Positions 9,467 to 18,549 of a DNA stretch of 64,000 nucleotides are shown piece after piece. A program made the position numbers and the translations under genes. Position 1 is the first letter of the stretch. Each line of letters begins with the position of its first letter. The DNA is from Arachnia sp. Lineage in GTDB: Bacteria > Actinomycetota > Actinomycetes > Propionibacteriales > Propionibacteriaceae. The stretch lies in contig JBHADA010000037.1 of NCBI GenBank assembly GCA_041854805.1, positions 14,385-78,384 of the forward strand, read 5' to 3'. The notes below the pieces were generated by a model. That model was not told the DNA's origin. It did no database searches and worked only from the letters and a program-made list of their open reading frames with translations.

Positions 9467-10999
9467 TCAATGTGAACTACCATCCAGGGTCGTGCCTCGC
9501 GGTACTAGGAGAAACACGCCCACACTCACGAGGGCCATGACGACACCGCCGGCGATCCCCGCGCCTTGGAGGGAAGCGACGAATGCGCTCGCGGCGTCGG
9601 CGGCCAGCGTCGACAGCCCCGCAGAGTTTGCAACATCCATAGCGGCGCCCAATGACTCCTGGGCTGCCTCGGCGGCCTGAGGATCGGAACTTTGTAACGC
9701 AGCAAACGACTCTGTGTCGCGCAAGCTTCCCCGGTAGACCAGCGCTGCGACCGAACCGAGGATCGCGACGCCAAGTACAGCCCCGATCTCGTAGCTCGAC
9801 TCCTCAATTGCCCCGGCGTTGCCCGCCTTATCTTCGGGAGAGCCGAGCATGATGAAGGCCGAGGCGATCGCCAGGGCGCCGGAACCGCAGCCGATCAGCG
9901 CGAGCGAAGCAGCCACTAGCGGGTAACTCAGGACCGCGCCGCTACAGGCCAGCAACGCCATGCCTACACCCGCGATGACCAACGCCGATGCCAGCACTCC
10001 GCGAGGGCTGAACCGCTCGGCCAGGCGCGGTGCGGCCAGCGAAGTCAGCGTCGCCATGACGGCCAAGGGCAGCAGCTTAAGGCCCGCTTCGATCGGAGTA
10101 GCGCCGTCGACCAACTGGAGCCACTGCGCCAACAGAAGGAGCGATGCCGACATCGCCAAGACGGAGCCCAACGCCGCGACCACCCCGGCTGAGAGCGCGC
10201 GGGAACGGAACAAGCCCAGATCGAGCAAGGGCTGTTCGCGCACCAGGCAGCGGCGCACGAACCACCCAAGCGCGACAGCAGCGACCGCCAGGGCCGCCCA
10301 CGCCTGGGGCACCAGCAACGAGGCGTGCTCACCAAAAGTCTTGATTGCCCATACCAGCGCCACCATGCCGATCAGTGACACGACGGCACCCGCGTAGTCC
10401 AGCTTCCCAGCGTCGTTCACCTTCGACTCCGGTAGCAGGAGCGCCACCGAGACGCTGGCTACAGCCATGAGCGGCACGTTGACTAGGAAAGCCGCATGCC
10501 AGGAGAAGGCCTCTAGGAGCACCCCTCCGATCAGGGGCCCGATGGCGCCGCCCATCCCCGCGACAGCAGACCAAACCGCCAAGGCCATGGCGCGTTCTCG
10601 GGTATCGACGAAGACCACACGGATCAATGACAAAGTGTTTGGCATGATCATCGCGCCCCCAACACCGAGCAGCATCCGAATGGCGATGACCATCGCGGCC
10701 GAGTCGGCCCACAGCACCATCAGCGAGGCCAGGGCGAAGATCGTATAGCCGAGCAGGAGCATCTTCTTGCGCCCCCACCGGTCCGCGACACCCGCCCAGG
10801 GCACCAGCAACCCCGCCAACACCAACGAGTAGACGTCGACAATCCACAGTTGTTGTGTAGCGGTGGGGCGCAACTCAGCAGCCATGCCCGGCAACGCGAT
10901 GTTAAGGATGGTCATGTCCATCATGAGCACCAACAGGCTGGCACTCAGCACCATGAGGGCGGCCCAACGACGCCGTTTTGACATCGGGGTATAGATCAC
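9467..10999 (-). CDS. MFS drug:H+ antiporter, DHA2 (QacA/SmvA/LfrA-like)
   Basis: D.TILNIALP, WIVDVYSL, ADRWGRKK, GPLIGG.L..AFSWH..FLVNVP, and many TM segments. GAAGGAG RBS before GTG 10999. Confidence 0.92.
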   Translation of the reverse strand: MIYTPMSKRRRWAALMVLSASLLVLMMDMTILNIALPGMAAELRPTATQQLWIVDVYSLVLAGLLVPWAGVADRWGRKKMLLLGYTIFALASLMVLWADSAAMVIAIRMLLGVGGAMIMPNTLSLIRVVFVDTRERAMALAVWSAVAGMGGAIGPLIGGVLLEAFSWHAAFLVNVPLMAVASVSVALLLPESKVNDAGKLDYAGAVVSLIGMVALVWAIKTFGEHASLLVPQAWAALAVAAVALGWFVRRCLVREQPLLDLGLFRSRALSAGVVAALGSVLAMSASLLLLAQWLQLVDGATPIEAGLKLLPLAVMATLTSLAAPRLAERFSPRGVLASALVIAGVGMALLACSGAVLSYPLVAASLALIGCGSGALAIASAFIMLGSPEDKAGNAGAIEESSYEIGAVLGVAILGSVAALVYRGSLRDTESFAALQSSDPQAAEAAQESLGAAMDVANSAGLSTLAADAASAFVASLQGAGIAGGVVMALVSVGVFLLVPRGTTLDGSSH

Positions 11000-11133
11000 G
11001 CGGCAGCTCCTTCGTTCGCGGTCGAGTCATTGGGTCTTGTCAGGCGTTCTTGTAAGGGAAGCCCCCGCTGTTCAGGAGTACGAGAACCCTCCGCAGTAGC
11101 CCACGCGACGGCCATGAATCCTCTTTCACTAGC

Positions 11134-11165
11134 GGTGTACATCTGTACGCGTACGAATGTACACC
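11134..11165. promoter_or_regulatory. 32-bp near-perfect palindrome, putative repressor operator upstream of the MFS gene
   Basis: GGTGTACAT-CT-GTACGCGTAC-GA-ATGTACACC is self-complementary except two 2-nt positions. Confidence 0.6.
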
Positions 11166-11452
11166 ACGCACCGCATCCCTGCCACCACATAGGTCAGCCA
11201 GTTTCGACAGGCTCCACGTCGAGGACGGCATTCCCATGGGCCTTCCGGTTTGACCAGGGCGATCCGGATGATCGTGGCCCGCCGATCGACATCAAGGCAA
11301 TGTTCCAAACCCTTGCGATACGCGTTGGCCGCTGCCCGTCGGCTACTCATCTACGTGTCGCTGCCGCGGAGCACCTCAACGGAACGAAACCGCTTGGCCC
11401 GAGCCAGGGATCATGGGCACGTGGCGACAGTGGAGCCCAGTAGGCTGAAGGA

Positions 11453-12283
11453 ATGCAGTTCGACACGCCGCTGCGCGACCCCGTGGTGCTGATCGCCTTC
11501 ACTGGCTGGAACGACGCCGGAAGCGCCGCCAGTGATGTTCTGCGTCACTTGGTGGAGGTCTACCCCGGCGTGGATGTGGGCGCCATCGATGACGAGCGGT
11601 ACTACGACTATCTGGCCACGCGTCCCATGCTCCATCACACCGCCGATGGGCCGTGGGTGCAGTGGCCAGGCGTCCGTGCGCGCGTACTGCACCACCTGCA
11701 GCGGGACCTCGTGGTGTTCCTCGGCCCCGAGCCCAGCCTGCTATGGCGCAGCTTCTCCGAGGAACTCGTCTCCGAGGTGGCCAAAACGAACCCCGACCTG
11801 GTGGTCTTCCTTGGAGCCATGCTGAGTGATACTCCGCATACACGGCCGTTACCGGTGGGGTGTTACACCTCGGATCCCTTGGTGGAACGGCGGTTTCCAT
11901 CGGCCACCACCAGCGATTACGCCGGACCGACCGGCATGACCGGGGTCGCGGCTCAACTCATGATGGACCGTCGCATTCCAGCGGCCTCCCTGTGGGTCTC
12001 CGTACCGCACTATGTCTCCGCGCCGCCCAATCCGAGAGCCCAGGAGGCCTTGCTGAGCGAATTGGAGTCGCTTCTGGATCTGAGCCTCGACCACAAGGAG
12101 ATTCCCGACGAGGCAGTCAAATGGGTGGAGGCCGTCGACGAACTCAGCCAGTCCGATCCCGAGATCGCCGACTACATCGGCCAACTGGAGGAAGTGCGCG
12201 ACGCCGAGGTGGTGGAAGAAGCCACCGGCGACAAGATCGCGGCGGAACTGGAGAAATTCCTTCGTCGCCGCGGCCAAGGCTGA
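11453..12283 (+). CDS. PAC2 family (proteasome assembly chaperone-like) protein
   Basis: AFTGWNDAG.AAS, YYDY...RP, GPEP...W..F, LGAML.DTPHTRP, VPHYV..PPNP.A, DPEIADYI..LE. Confidence 0.88.
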   Translation: MQFDTPLRDPVVLIAFTGWNDAGSAASDVLRHLVEVYPGVDVGAIDDERYYDYLATRPMLHHTADGPWVQWPGVRARVLHHLQRDLVVFLGPEPSLLWRSFSEELVSEVAKTNPDLVVFLGAMLSDTPHTRPLPVGCYTSDPLVERRFPSATTSDYAGPTGMTGVAAQLMMDRRIPAASLWVSVPHYVSAPPNPRAQEALLSELESLLDLSLDHKEIPDEAVKWVEAVDELSQSDPEIADYIGQLEEVRDAEVVEEATGDKIAAELEKFLRRRGQG

Positions 12284-12359
12284 GTCGCGCGGATCTTCGA
12301 CGCGTGAGACTTCCCTAGGCGCCGCATGTTCGCCGGAAGCTATCTCAGTCGACGCGCCA

Positions 12360-13013
12360 TTAGCGATGCCGATGCCCGAGCGCGGCCGCTCGCAGTTGCT
12401 CGACCATCGCATCGGGCTGTTCCGCGGTGTAGACCGCCGAGCCCGCCACAAAGGTGTCAGCACCGGCCTCGGCGCAGCGCTCGATCGTCTCGAGGCTGAC
12501 CCCACCGTCCACCTGGAGCCAAATGGGGCGCCCCCCCAGCAACTCACGGGTACGGCGAATCTTGGGCAGCACGAGATCAAGGAACTTCTGCCCCCCAAAC
12601 CCAGGCTCGACAGTCATGAGGAGCACCATGTCCACCTCATCGAGCATGTCGGCGTATCCCTCGATGGGGGTAGCCGGTTTAAGCGCCATGGACGCTCGGG
12701 CTCCGAGGCGACGCAACTCCCGGGCGAGGCGAATGGGGGCATGGGCGGCCTCCACATGAAACGTCACCGACTCCGCGCCAGCCTCGGCGTAGGCAGGAGC
12801 CCATCGGTCGGGGTCCTCAATCATGAGGTGGATGTCGAGCATCTGCCGGGTGGCCCTGCGGATCGACTCCACCACCGGCAGCCCAAGGGTCAGGTTGGGC
12901 ACAAAGTGGTTGTCCATGACGTCGATATGGATGGCGTCCGCCGATGGAATCCGGGCGATCTCGCCGGCGAGGTCGGCGAAATCGGCGTTGAGAATGCTTG
13001 GGGTGATCCGCAT
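12360..13013 (-). CDS. rpe: Ribulose-phosphate 3-epimerase
   Basis: [47 protein letters not shown]. Confidence 0.97.
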   Translation of the reverse strand: MRITPSILNADFADLAGEIARIPSADAIHIDVMDNHFVPNLTLGLPVVESIRRATRQMLDIHLMIEDPDRWAPAYAEAGAESVTFHVEAAHAPIRLARELRRLGARASMALKPATPIEGYADMLDEVDMVLLMTVEPGFGGQKFLDLVLPKIRRTRELLGGRPIWLQVDGGVSLETIERCAEAGADTFVAGSAVYTAEQPDAMVEQLRAAALGHRHR

Positions 13014-13213
13014 GGGACCAACCCTAGCCTGCGAGGCTGTGGCTCACTCGACGGGCTCCCGCGGGAGTAGTACCGGAATCCGTGATGGCTGGAACCCGGC
13101 CAGAGCTTGGAGTACTGTTACGAAGGGAAGGGGGAACTAGTAGCTTCCAATCCGTGAGGACACACGGAAACGCATCCTTGCACGGCGTGCATATTGACGA
13201 TGGGATCACTGTC

Positions 13214-14146
13214 ATGAGCGGAAGTGAAGAGAGGGCGATCAATCACGAGATCGCCAAGGCGGCACAGGCTCTTCGCCGCGCCACCGGGGAGAGCGTGCGC
13301 TCCGTGGAACGCGGATTGCGACAGGGAAACCCCCCGTGGTATGGGAACCTAAGCAAGCATATTCACGAACCGGGGCGAAAGTTCCCCGCCACCCTTGGAC
13401 ACGCTCTTGACGAGTACTTCTCCACGAGACTACCCGATTACCCGACCGGCTTACTCGCTCGTTCCATCGCGACTAGCAATACCTCAGAGTTGACCTCCTA
13501 CGTGATGCAGATTTCGGGAGACCAGGAGGCCACAAACAAAGTTCTCGAAACCGATGCAGGGAGACCTGATCAACAACCGCCTACTGAGCCGGAGATGCTC
13601 GCCGACCGAGCAGATCGAAACATCGATGCTGAGCGTGTCGAGACCAGAGATCCTTTTTCCCTTCAAGAAAATGCCTCGAGGAGTCCTAGATCTGTTGATG
13701 ACCCCCGAGCCAACTCCCCTGCGGGCAGTCGCCACGCAAAACCCTCTCGACCTTCTCGCTTCTCCCGATCACCCCTTCTGTTAACGACTGGTGGAATGGT
13801 GATCACCGTAATGCTCATCGCAGCGATCTTAACGGTACTCCGCTACCAGTCTGACCAAGTGCCCATTCAGGGACATGTGGTCTGCACCTCCGGCAGTAAC
13901 GTGGTAGGAGTCTGGGTAGCCTCTGCCGACGGAAAGGGCAACTTCGCGACGCTGCGCACCGACCCACACGAACCGGGATCGTACTTCCTAGGGTCCGTCT
14001 CGGCTTTCCCCTATAGCCTCCACGTTGGCTGCGGAGGGACCAGCAGGGACTGGGGAGTCGAAGCCCGCAGCCCAGGATTGACGCTTACCGCAGTCGACTT
14101 GGCCTGCGATGACTCCACTGTCGACTCTTCAACCTGCACCCCCTAA
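13214..14146 (+). CDS. Hypothetical protein: XRE-like HTH N-terminus, disordered linker, one TM helix, Cys-containing extracellular domain
   Basis: N-terminus AAQALRRATGESVRSVERGL...NLSKHI...PATLGHALDEYF resembles an XRE HTH. TM LLLTTGGMVITVMLIAAILTVL. C-terminus has four Cys. Start 13214 chosen from TTGCAC-17-TGGGAT-7-ATG geometry. Confidence 0.6.
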   Translation: MSGSEERAINHEIAKAAQALRRATGESVRSVERGLRQGNPPWYGNLSKHIHEPGRKFPATLGHALDEYFSTRLPDYPTGLLARSIATSNTSELTSYVMQISGDQEATNKVLETDAGRPDQQPPTEPEMLADRADRNIDAERVETRDPFSLQENASRSPRSVDDPRANSPAGSRHAKPSRPSRFSRSPLLLTTGGMVITVMLIAAILTVLRYQSDQVPIQGHVVCTSGSNVVGVWVASADGKGNFATLRTDPHEPGSYFLGSVSAFPYSLHVGCGGTSRDWGVEARSPGLTLTAVDLACDDSTVDSSTCTP

Positions 14147-14344
14147 CCCCCCTCGCTTCATCGGGGGGGCAGCATCACCCCTAGTCACGGCTCAGGGGGT
14201 CCCCACAATCATCTTGGGTGCCCCTAGGGGGTTTCCAAAGAGGATTGCCGGATTTAAGTTCTACGCATCAGCAACGAAGATGCTGATCGGCGGATCACAA
14301 TCCGCTTCAGAACAGTCATTCAGGAATACGATGGGAGGTATACC

Positions 14345-15061
14345 ATGACTGCTTCTTTGAAACGATCACTGGCGAGGGCGCTCGTCTTCCTAGTGGGGCT
14401 AGCGAGCCTCAGCGCAATCAGCGGTGAGGCCTATGCCGCACCGACGGGGAAGGTGATCGCTAACCCGTCTGTCGTCCTCCGCTCCGGGCCATCCACTTCG
14501 CACGCGGCTCAGGGCACTATCCCCTATGGGGCCCAGGTCGAGATCCACTGCACGTCCCGGGGAAGCTGGGTCACAGGCGAGTATGGCGCGACTAACCTGT
14601 GGAACAAGGTCAGCTACGGTGGCCGTACCGGTTTCGTCACCGACGCATTCCTCTACACCGGAACCAATAGCGCTGTAGCGCCTGACTGCGGCACCGCTCC
14701 CGCTCCATCCGATAAGGCCAGCCGAGTCGGCGACTATGCCCGGTCAATGGTCGGACAAACGGGCTGGAATGGCTGGTGCGAGAGGTGGGTCGAGCACGTG
14801 TGGGGGGTCTCCGGTGTTCACCCCTCAGCCTATGCCCACTATCGGGCCGTACAGGGACAGGTGAACCGGAGCGGCACGCCACCTAAGGGGGCTGTGGTCT
14901 TCTATGGCCCGGCTGCTATCAATGGCAACTACGGCCATGTGATGATCTCACTTGGTGACGGCACCTACGTGACAACGGCCCAAACGATCCGTGTCGTGAA
15001 CCAGTCGTGGCCCGGGGCCCCGTACCTTGGCTGGTACATGCCGAACTGGCCAGGCAGGTAG
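14345..15061 (+). CDS. Secreted SH3b-domain NlpC/P60-CHAP-like peptidoglycan hydrolase
   Basis: Signal peptide ending AYA|A, SH3b segment (VLRSGPSTSH..QGTIPYGAQV...W.KVSY.G.TGFV), catalytic Cys (GWCERWV) and His (YGHVMI). GGGAGG RBS. Confidence 0.8.
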   Translation: MTASLKRSLARALVFLVGLASLSAISGEAYAAPTGKVIANPSVVLRSGPSTSHAAQGTIPYGAQVEIHCTSRGSWVTGEYGATNLWNKVSYGGRTGFVTDAFLYTGTNSAVAPDCGTAPAPSDKASRVGDYARSMVGQTGWNGWCERWVEHVWGVSGVHPSAYAHYRAVQGQVNRSGTPPKGAVVFYGPAAINGNYGHVMISLGDGTYVTTAQTIRVVNQSWPGAPYLGWYMPNWPGR

Positions 15062-15094
15062 ATTCATCATCACTGAGTAGACCTGCATAGGGTT

Positions 15095-15132
15095 CTGCCG
15101 CCTGACAAAACAGTCAGGCGGCAGGCCTTTTT
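15095..15132 (+). terminator. Intrinsic terminator between convergent genes
   Basis: 12-bp perfect stem CTGCCGCCTGAC-aaaaca-GTCAGGCGGCAG followed by GCCTTTTT. Confidence 0.8.
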
Positions 15133-15168
15133 CCGGCGATATAGTCTTCGCTGAAAATCCGGACGCGG

Positions 15169-16137
15169 TCACTTTCGTCGATGACTCACGTGCAAATAGA
15201 GCTCCCCCAACGAGTTGAACTCATGTTCTCCCACCCGCCAGACGCCCGCCGTTGCCTCGACCAGCACCGCGCCACTGTGGGGTTCCTGCCCTACCTCGTA
15301 ACCAGCCCGGCGCAGGCAATGACGGGCCAGCACCGCCGACGCGCCATCGCCGAGCACAATGGCTTGTCCAACCGGAGCCACCTCTCGCTGGAAGGTCAGT
15401 GTTTCGATGTCGAATCCCACGCCAGCAGTCTCGAACGGGATGGCTAGTGTTCCGTCAGCTATGAGATCCTCCGGCGCCCCAGCGACGATCCCGGTTGGGG
15501 CCAGAGCCCATACCGACTCGGCATGGCGGACCGCCAGTTCCACGTCGTGAGTGCACACGAGTACCGCGAGTTGACGGTCGGCGGCCAGTTTGCGCAGCAA
15601 CTCGAACACCGTCAGCCTGCCAGGCGGATCAAGAAAAGCTGTTGGCTCGTCCAAGAGCAACACACGCGGTTCTTGGGCCAACGCCCGGGCGACCATGATT
15701 CGCTGCCGCTGTCCGTCGGAGAGTTCGGCGATGGGCAGACCGGCCACATGCTCCGCCCCGACATCGCGCAGAGCGGAGGTGACGACCTCGCGATCGCGCA
15801 CCGAAACCTTTCCCGTCCACGAGGTGTGCGGATGGCGGCCGAGCCCCACCAGTTCCTCGGCGCTGAGCCGCCCCGGATCGATGCGGTCCGTGAGCACCAC
15901 AGCAAGCTGCCTAGCCACCTCGACGCGGTCAAGTTCTCGCAGGTCGCGGCCGCCGAGCAGCACTCCGCCCCCCAGCCGCGGCTGCAGCCCCGCGAGCGTC
16001 CGCAGTAGCGTGGACTTGCCTGCCCCGTTTGGCCCGACGAGGCAGGCGAGTTGCCCCGCACTCAAGCCGACATCGATGCCGCCCAGCACCTCGTGCCTCC
16101 CGTAGCCGATGCTCAGATCCTTGGTACGCAGAATCAT
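15169..16137 (-). CDS. Cobalamin/iron-complex ABC transporter ATP-binding protein (BtuD/FecE-like)
   Basis: GPNGAGKST, LSDGQRQR, LLLDEPT, CTHD. Confidence 0.92.
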   Translation of the reverse strand: MILRTKDLSIGYGRHEVLGGIDVGLSAGQLACLVGPNGAGKSTLLRTLAGLQPRLGGGVLLGGRDLRELDRVEVARQLAVVLTDRIDPGRLSAEELVGLGRHPHTSWTGKVSVRDREVVTSALRDVGAEHVAGLPIAELSDGQRQRIMVARALAQEPRVLLLDEPTAFLDPPGRLTVFELLRKLAADRQLAVLVCTHDVELAVRHAESVWALAPTGIVAGAPEDLIADGTLAIPFETAGVGFDIETLTFQREVAPVGQAIVLGDGASAVLARHCLRRAGYEVGQEPHSGAVLVEATAGVWRVGEHEFNSLGELYLHVSHRRK

Positions 16138-17156
16138 CGCAACAGCTCCCGGTGTCGCCGAAGCAGAATCCAGATCACCACTGGAGCGCCAAACATGGCG
16201 GTAACGGCGTTGAGCGGAAGAAGGCCGTCGCCCGGCAACCCGGCCAGCACGTCAGCCAGGACAGCCATCGTGGCGCCGATAAGAACGCACGCAGGCAGCA
16301 CGGCACGATGATTCGACGTGCCCATGACTCCCCGCGCCAGATGTGGCACGGCGATACCCAGGAACTGGATGGGTCCACAGAAGGCCGTGACCACGCCAGC
16401 CAACACCGAGGACGTAGCGACGATGGCGGTACGTGCTCGCACTACGTGCATCCCCATAGTGGCTGCGTAGCGCTCCCCCAGGAGCAGCGCGTTGAGGGTC
16501 TTGGCCTGTGCCAGAACGACGAGCATGAAACACACCAAAACGGGTGCCATGATCCGCAGGTTGCCCCACGTCACGCCTTGGAACGAGCCGAATCGCCAGC
16601 GTGTATAGGCCGCGATCAGTTCAGGGGCAGCGCTCGCGAGCAGGACGTTGACTCCTGCCGAGACGAGGTATCCCACCATCACACCGAGAAGCAACAAGGT
16701 CACTACCGAACCGGCATAACGTCCAGCGATCAACACGATACCCAGCACGAGCGCCGCGCCCAGCGAGGACGCCACCGTGATCATGAGGTCGCCGCTCAGG
16801 CCTAAGCCGGAGGTCAGCAAGGCCCCGGCGCCACTACCCGCCGTCAGCACCACAAGGGCCACGCCGAGGCTCGCTCCCGACGAGACGCCTAGGATGTACG
16901 GGTCCGCCAAGGGGTTGCGAAACAGGGTCTGAAGTTCAGCCCCCGCTAGGGCCAGCGCGCCCCCGGCTAACATCGCGGTGAGAACACGGGGCAGGCGAAT
17001 CTGCCACACAATGGTGGCAGTGACCCGGCTAACCTCATCGGCCCCGGTCAGGGCCGCGAGGACGTCCCCAAGCGGAAGCCGGACGCTACCCAACGCCATG
17101 CCCAGCACCACGGTCGCTGCCAGGGCCAGCCCCAGCAACGCTAGGCGTCGCCTCAC
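16134..17156 (-). CDS. FecCD/BtuC family ABC permease
   Basis: IRLPRVL.AML.G.ALA.AG...Q.LFRNPLADP.ILGVSSGA and FLGIAVPHLAR motifs. Confidence 0.92.
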   Translation of the reverse strand: MRRRLALLGLALAATVVLGMALGSVRLPLGDVLAALTGADEVSRVTATIVWQIRLPRVLTAMLAGGALALAGAELQTLFRNPLADPYILGVSSGASLGVALVVLTAGSGAGALLTSGLGLSGDLMITVASSLGAALVLGIVLIAGRYAGSVVTLLLLGVMVGYLVSAGVNVLLASAAPELIAAYTRWRFGSFQGVTWGNLRIMAPVLVCFMLVVLAQAKTLNALLLGERYAATMGMHVVRARTAIVATSSVLAGVVTAFCGPIQFLGIAVPHLARGVMGTSNHRAVLPACVLIGATMAVLADVLAGLPGDGLLPLNAVTAMFGAPVVIWILLRRHRELLR

Positions 17157-18364
17157 GAGAGCTTCTGATAGAAGACGAACTTGTGGTCGGGCAAGAGATC
17201 AGGATGGAAAATGGCCACCATATCGGCCAGCACCTGGTCGGGGCGAACGACGCCAGTCTGCCAGTAATCGTTGCCTCCCTTGTCTCCCACCCTGAGAGTT
17301 GGGTTCCACACGTTGCTGAGCTTGGTGGCCTTCAGTTCGCTGAGCCGCGAGTCACTGGCCACGACATCCGAGACGGATTTCCATTCGGAGGTGGTGGTGG
17401 CATTGAGCCAGAACTGCGCGTCGGAAGCCTCGGCCAAGATGACCTCTAGATCAACCGGCGACGAACCAGTGCCGGGAACCTTGGCGAAGACATACTCGGC
17501 ACCGGCATCCGCAAGGAACCTCGCGATGTAAGACTGGCCTCCGGAGCGATACCACTGCCCCTTGTACGGCGCGCCAGTCACGACCGATGGCTTGCTGGTC
17601 ACAGACCTGGTCAGCTTGGCCGTCTTCTCGTAGTCGGCCACGATGGTGGCGAATTTCTTGTTGGCCTCGGCCTCGGTATTGGTGAGGAGCGCGGTCAGTT
17701 TGAGCCACTCGGCGCGTCCCAGAGGCGAGGACTCGAGCCATTCGGCGTTGCCGATGACGGGGATGCCGAGTTCTGAAATGGAGTCGTAGGCGGGGTTGGG
17801 TGTGCCGCTGGCGACGAAGACGTCGGGCTGCAAGGCCCCCACTTTCTCGACGCTGATCTCCCCGGCCGCGTTGCCATAGCCGGAGATCTTGCCCGCCTCG
17901 ATGGCCTTCTTGATCTCTGGGGAATAGACGTAGTCGGTGTTCTCAACGCCAGCAATGGCGTCGATCTTGCCCAGAATCTCGAAGGCGGGCAGTTGGGTGG
18001 TTGACGATGTGGCGACCTTCGCAGTGGGCACCTCGATCACCTTGGCAGAGGCGAGATCGCCCTCGAGCTTGGGGGTTGGGGCCCCACACTGCAGCAGGAC
18101 AAAACTCTGGGACTTGGCACCCTTGAGCGGCTCGGTTTCGTGCACCACCTTGTACGAGTCGTGGTACTCGACCGTGATCCCCTTCGCCTTGTCGAAGGTG
18201 GTCTTGTCCGGAAAGTAGTCGACGCCTTCCCGGTAGTCGGTGATGCACTGACGGGGGTTCTCCGTGCCAGGGGCCGAAGCACCGGAGGTACCGGTGGACG
18301 GTTGAGTGCAGCCGGCAGCGAGAAGCAAGGCGAGAAAAGGTGCCGTAAGGCGAGACAGACGCAT
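17153..18364 (-). CDS. Lipoprotein substrate-binding protein, probably cobalamin (BtuF-like)
   Basis: Lipobox LLLAAGC after start ATG 18364, EWLE.SPLGRAEW.K, DYWQTGVVRPD.VLAD motifs. Lies directly under a B12 riboswitch. Confidence 0.88.
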   Translation of the reverse strand: MRLSRLTAPFLALLLAAGCTQPSTGTSGASAPGTENPRQCITDYREGVDYFPDKTTFDKAKGITVEYHDSYKVVHETEPLKGAKSQSFVLLQCGAPTPKLEGDLASAKVIEVPTAKVATSSTTQLPAFEILGKIDAIAGVENTDYVYSPEIKKAIEAGKISGYGNAAGEISVEKVGALQPDVFVASGTPNPAYDSISELGIPVIGNAEWLESSPLGRAEWLKLTALLTNTEAEANKKFATIVADYEKTAKLTRSVTSKPSVVTGAPYKGQWYRSGGQSYIARFLADAGAEYVFAKVPGTGSSPVDLEVILAEASDAQFWLNATTTSEWKSVSDVVASDSRLSELKATKLSNVWNPTLRVGDKGGNDYWQTGVVRPDQVLADMVAIFHPDLLPDHKFVFYQKLS

Positions 18365-18409
18365 GTTGGCCTTCCTCGGGATGACGCGTCCCGATCGTTG
18401 GGGTGAGGA

Positions 18410-18535
18410 CCCGTCAGTTTCTGGCTCGCCGCCGTCGTGGCGGCTCACAGTGGCGCGACCGCTCCGGATTCACACCGGATTCCTGATCGTTGGGTCTAGG
18501 TGAGGCTCACTCTAGACCTCGGTTCGTAACCGCTT
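18410..18535 (-). promoter_or_regulatory. Cobalamin riboswitch
   Basis: Minus strand reads ...AGGAAtCCGGTGtgAATCCGGagCGGtcGCGCCACTGTGA...GAGCCAGAAACT, matching the conserved B12-element core and 3' B12-box. Confidence 0.9.
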
Positions 18536-18549
18536 TGGGCGGGGTTGGT

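Noticed and set aside
11190-11440. Short ORFs between the MFS operator and PAC2
   Set aside because: No motif, RBS or family resemblance that I can support.
11453-12283. PAC2 gene as part of a novel proteasome locus
   Set aside because: PAC2-family genes are commonly found near metH in actinobacteria, and it lies 7 kb from prcBA.
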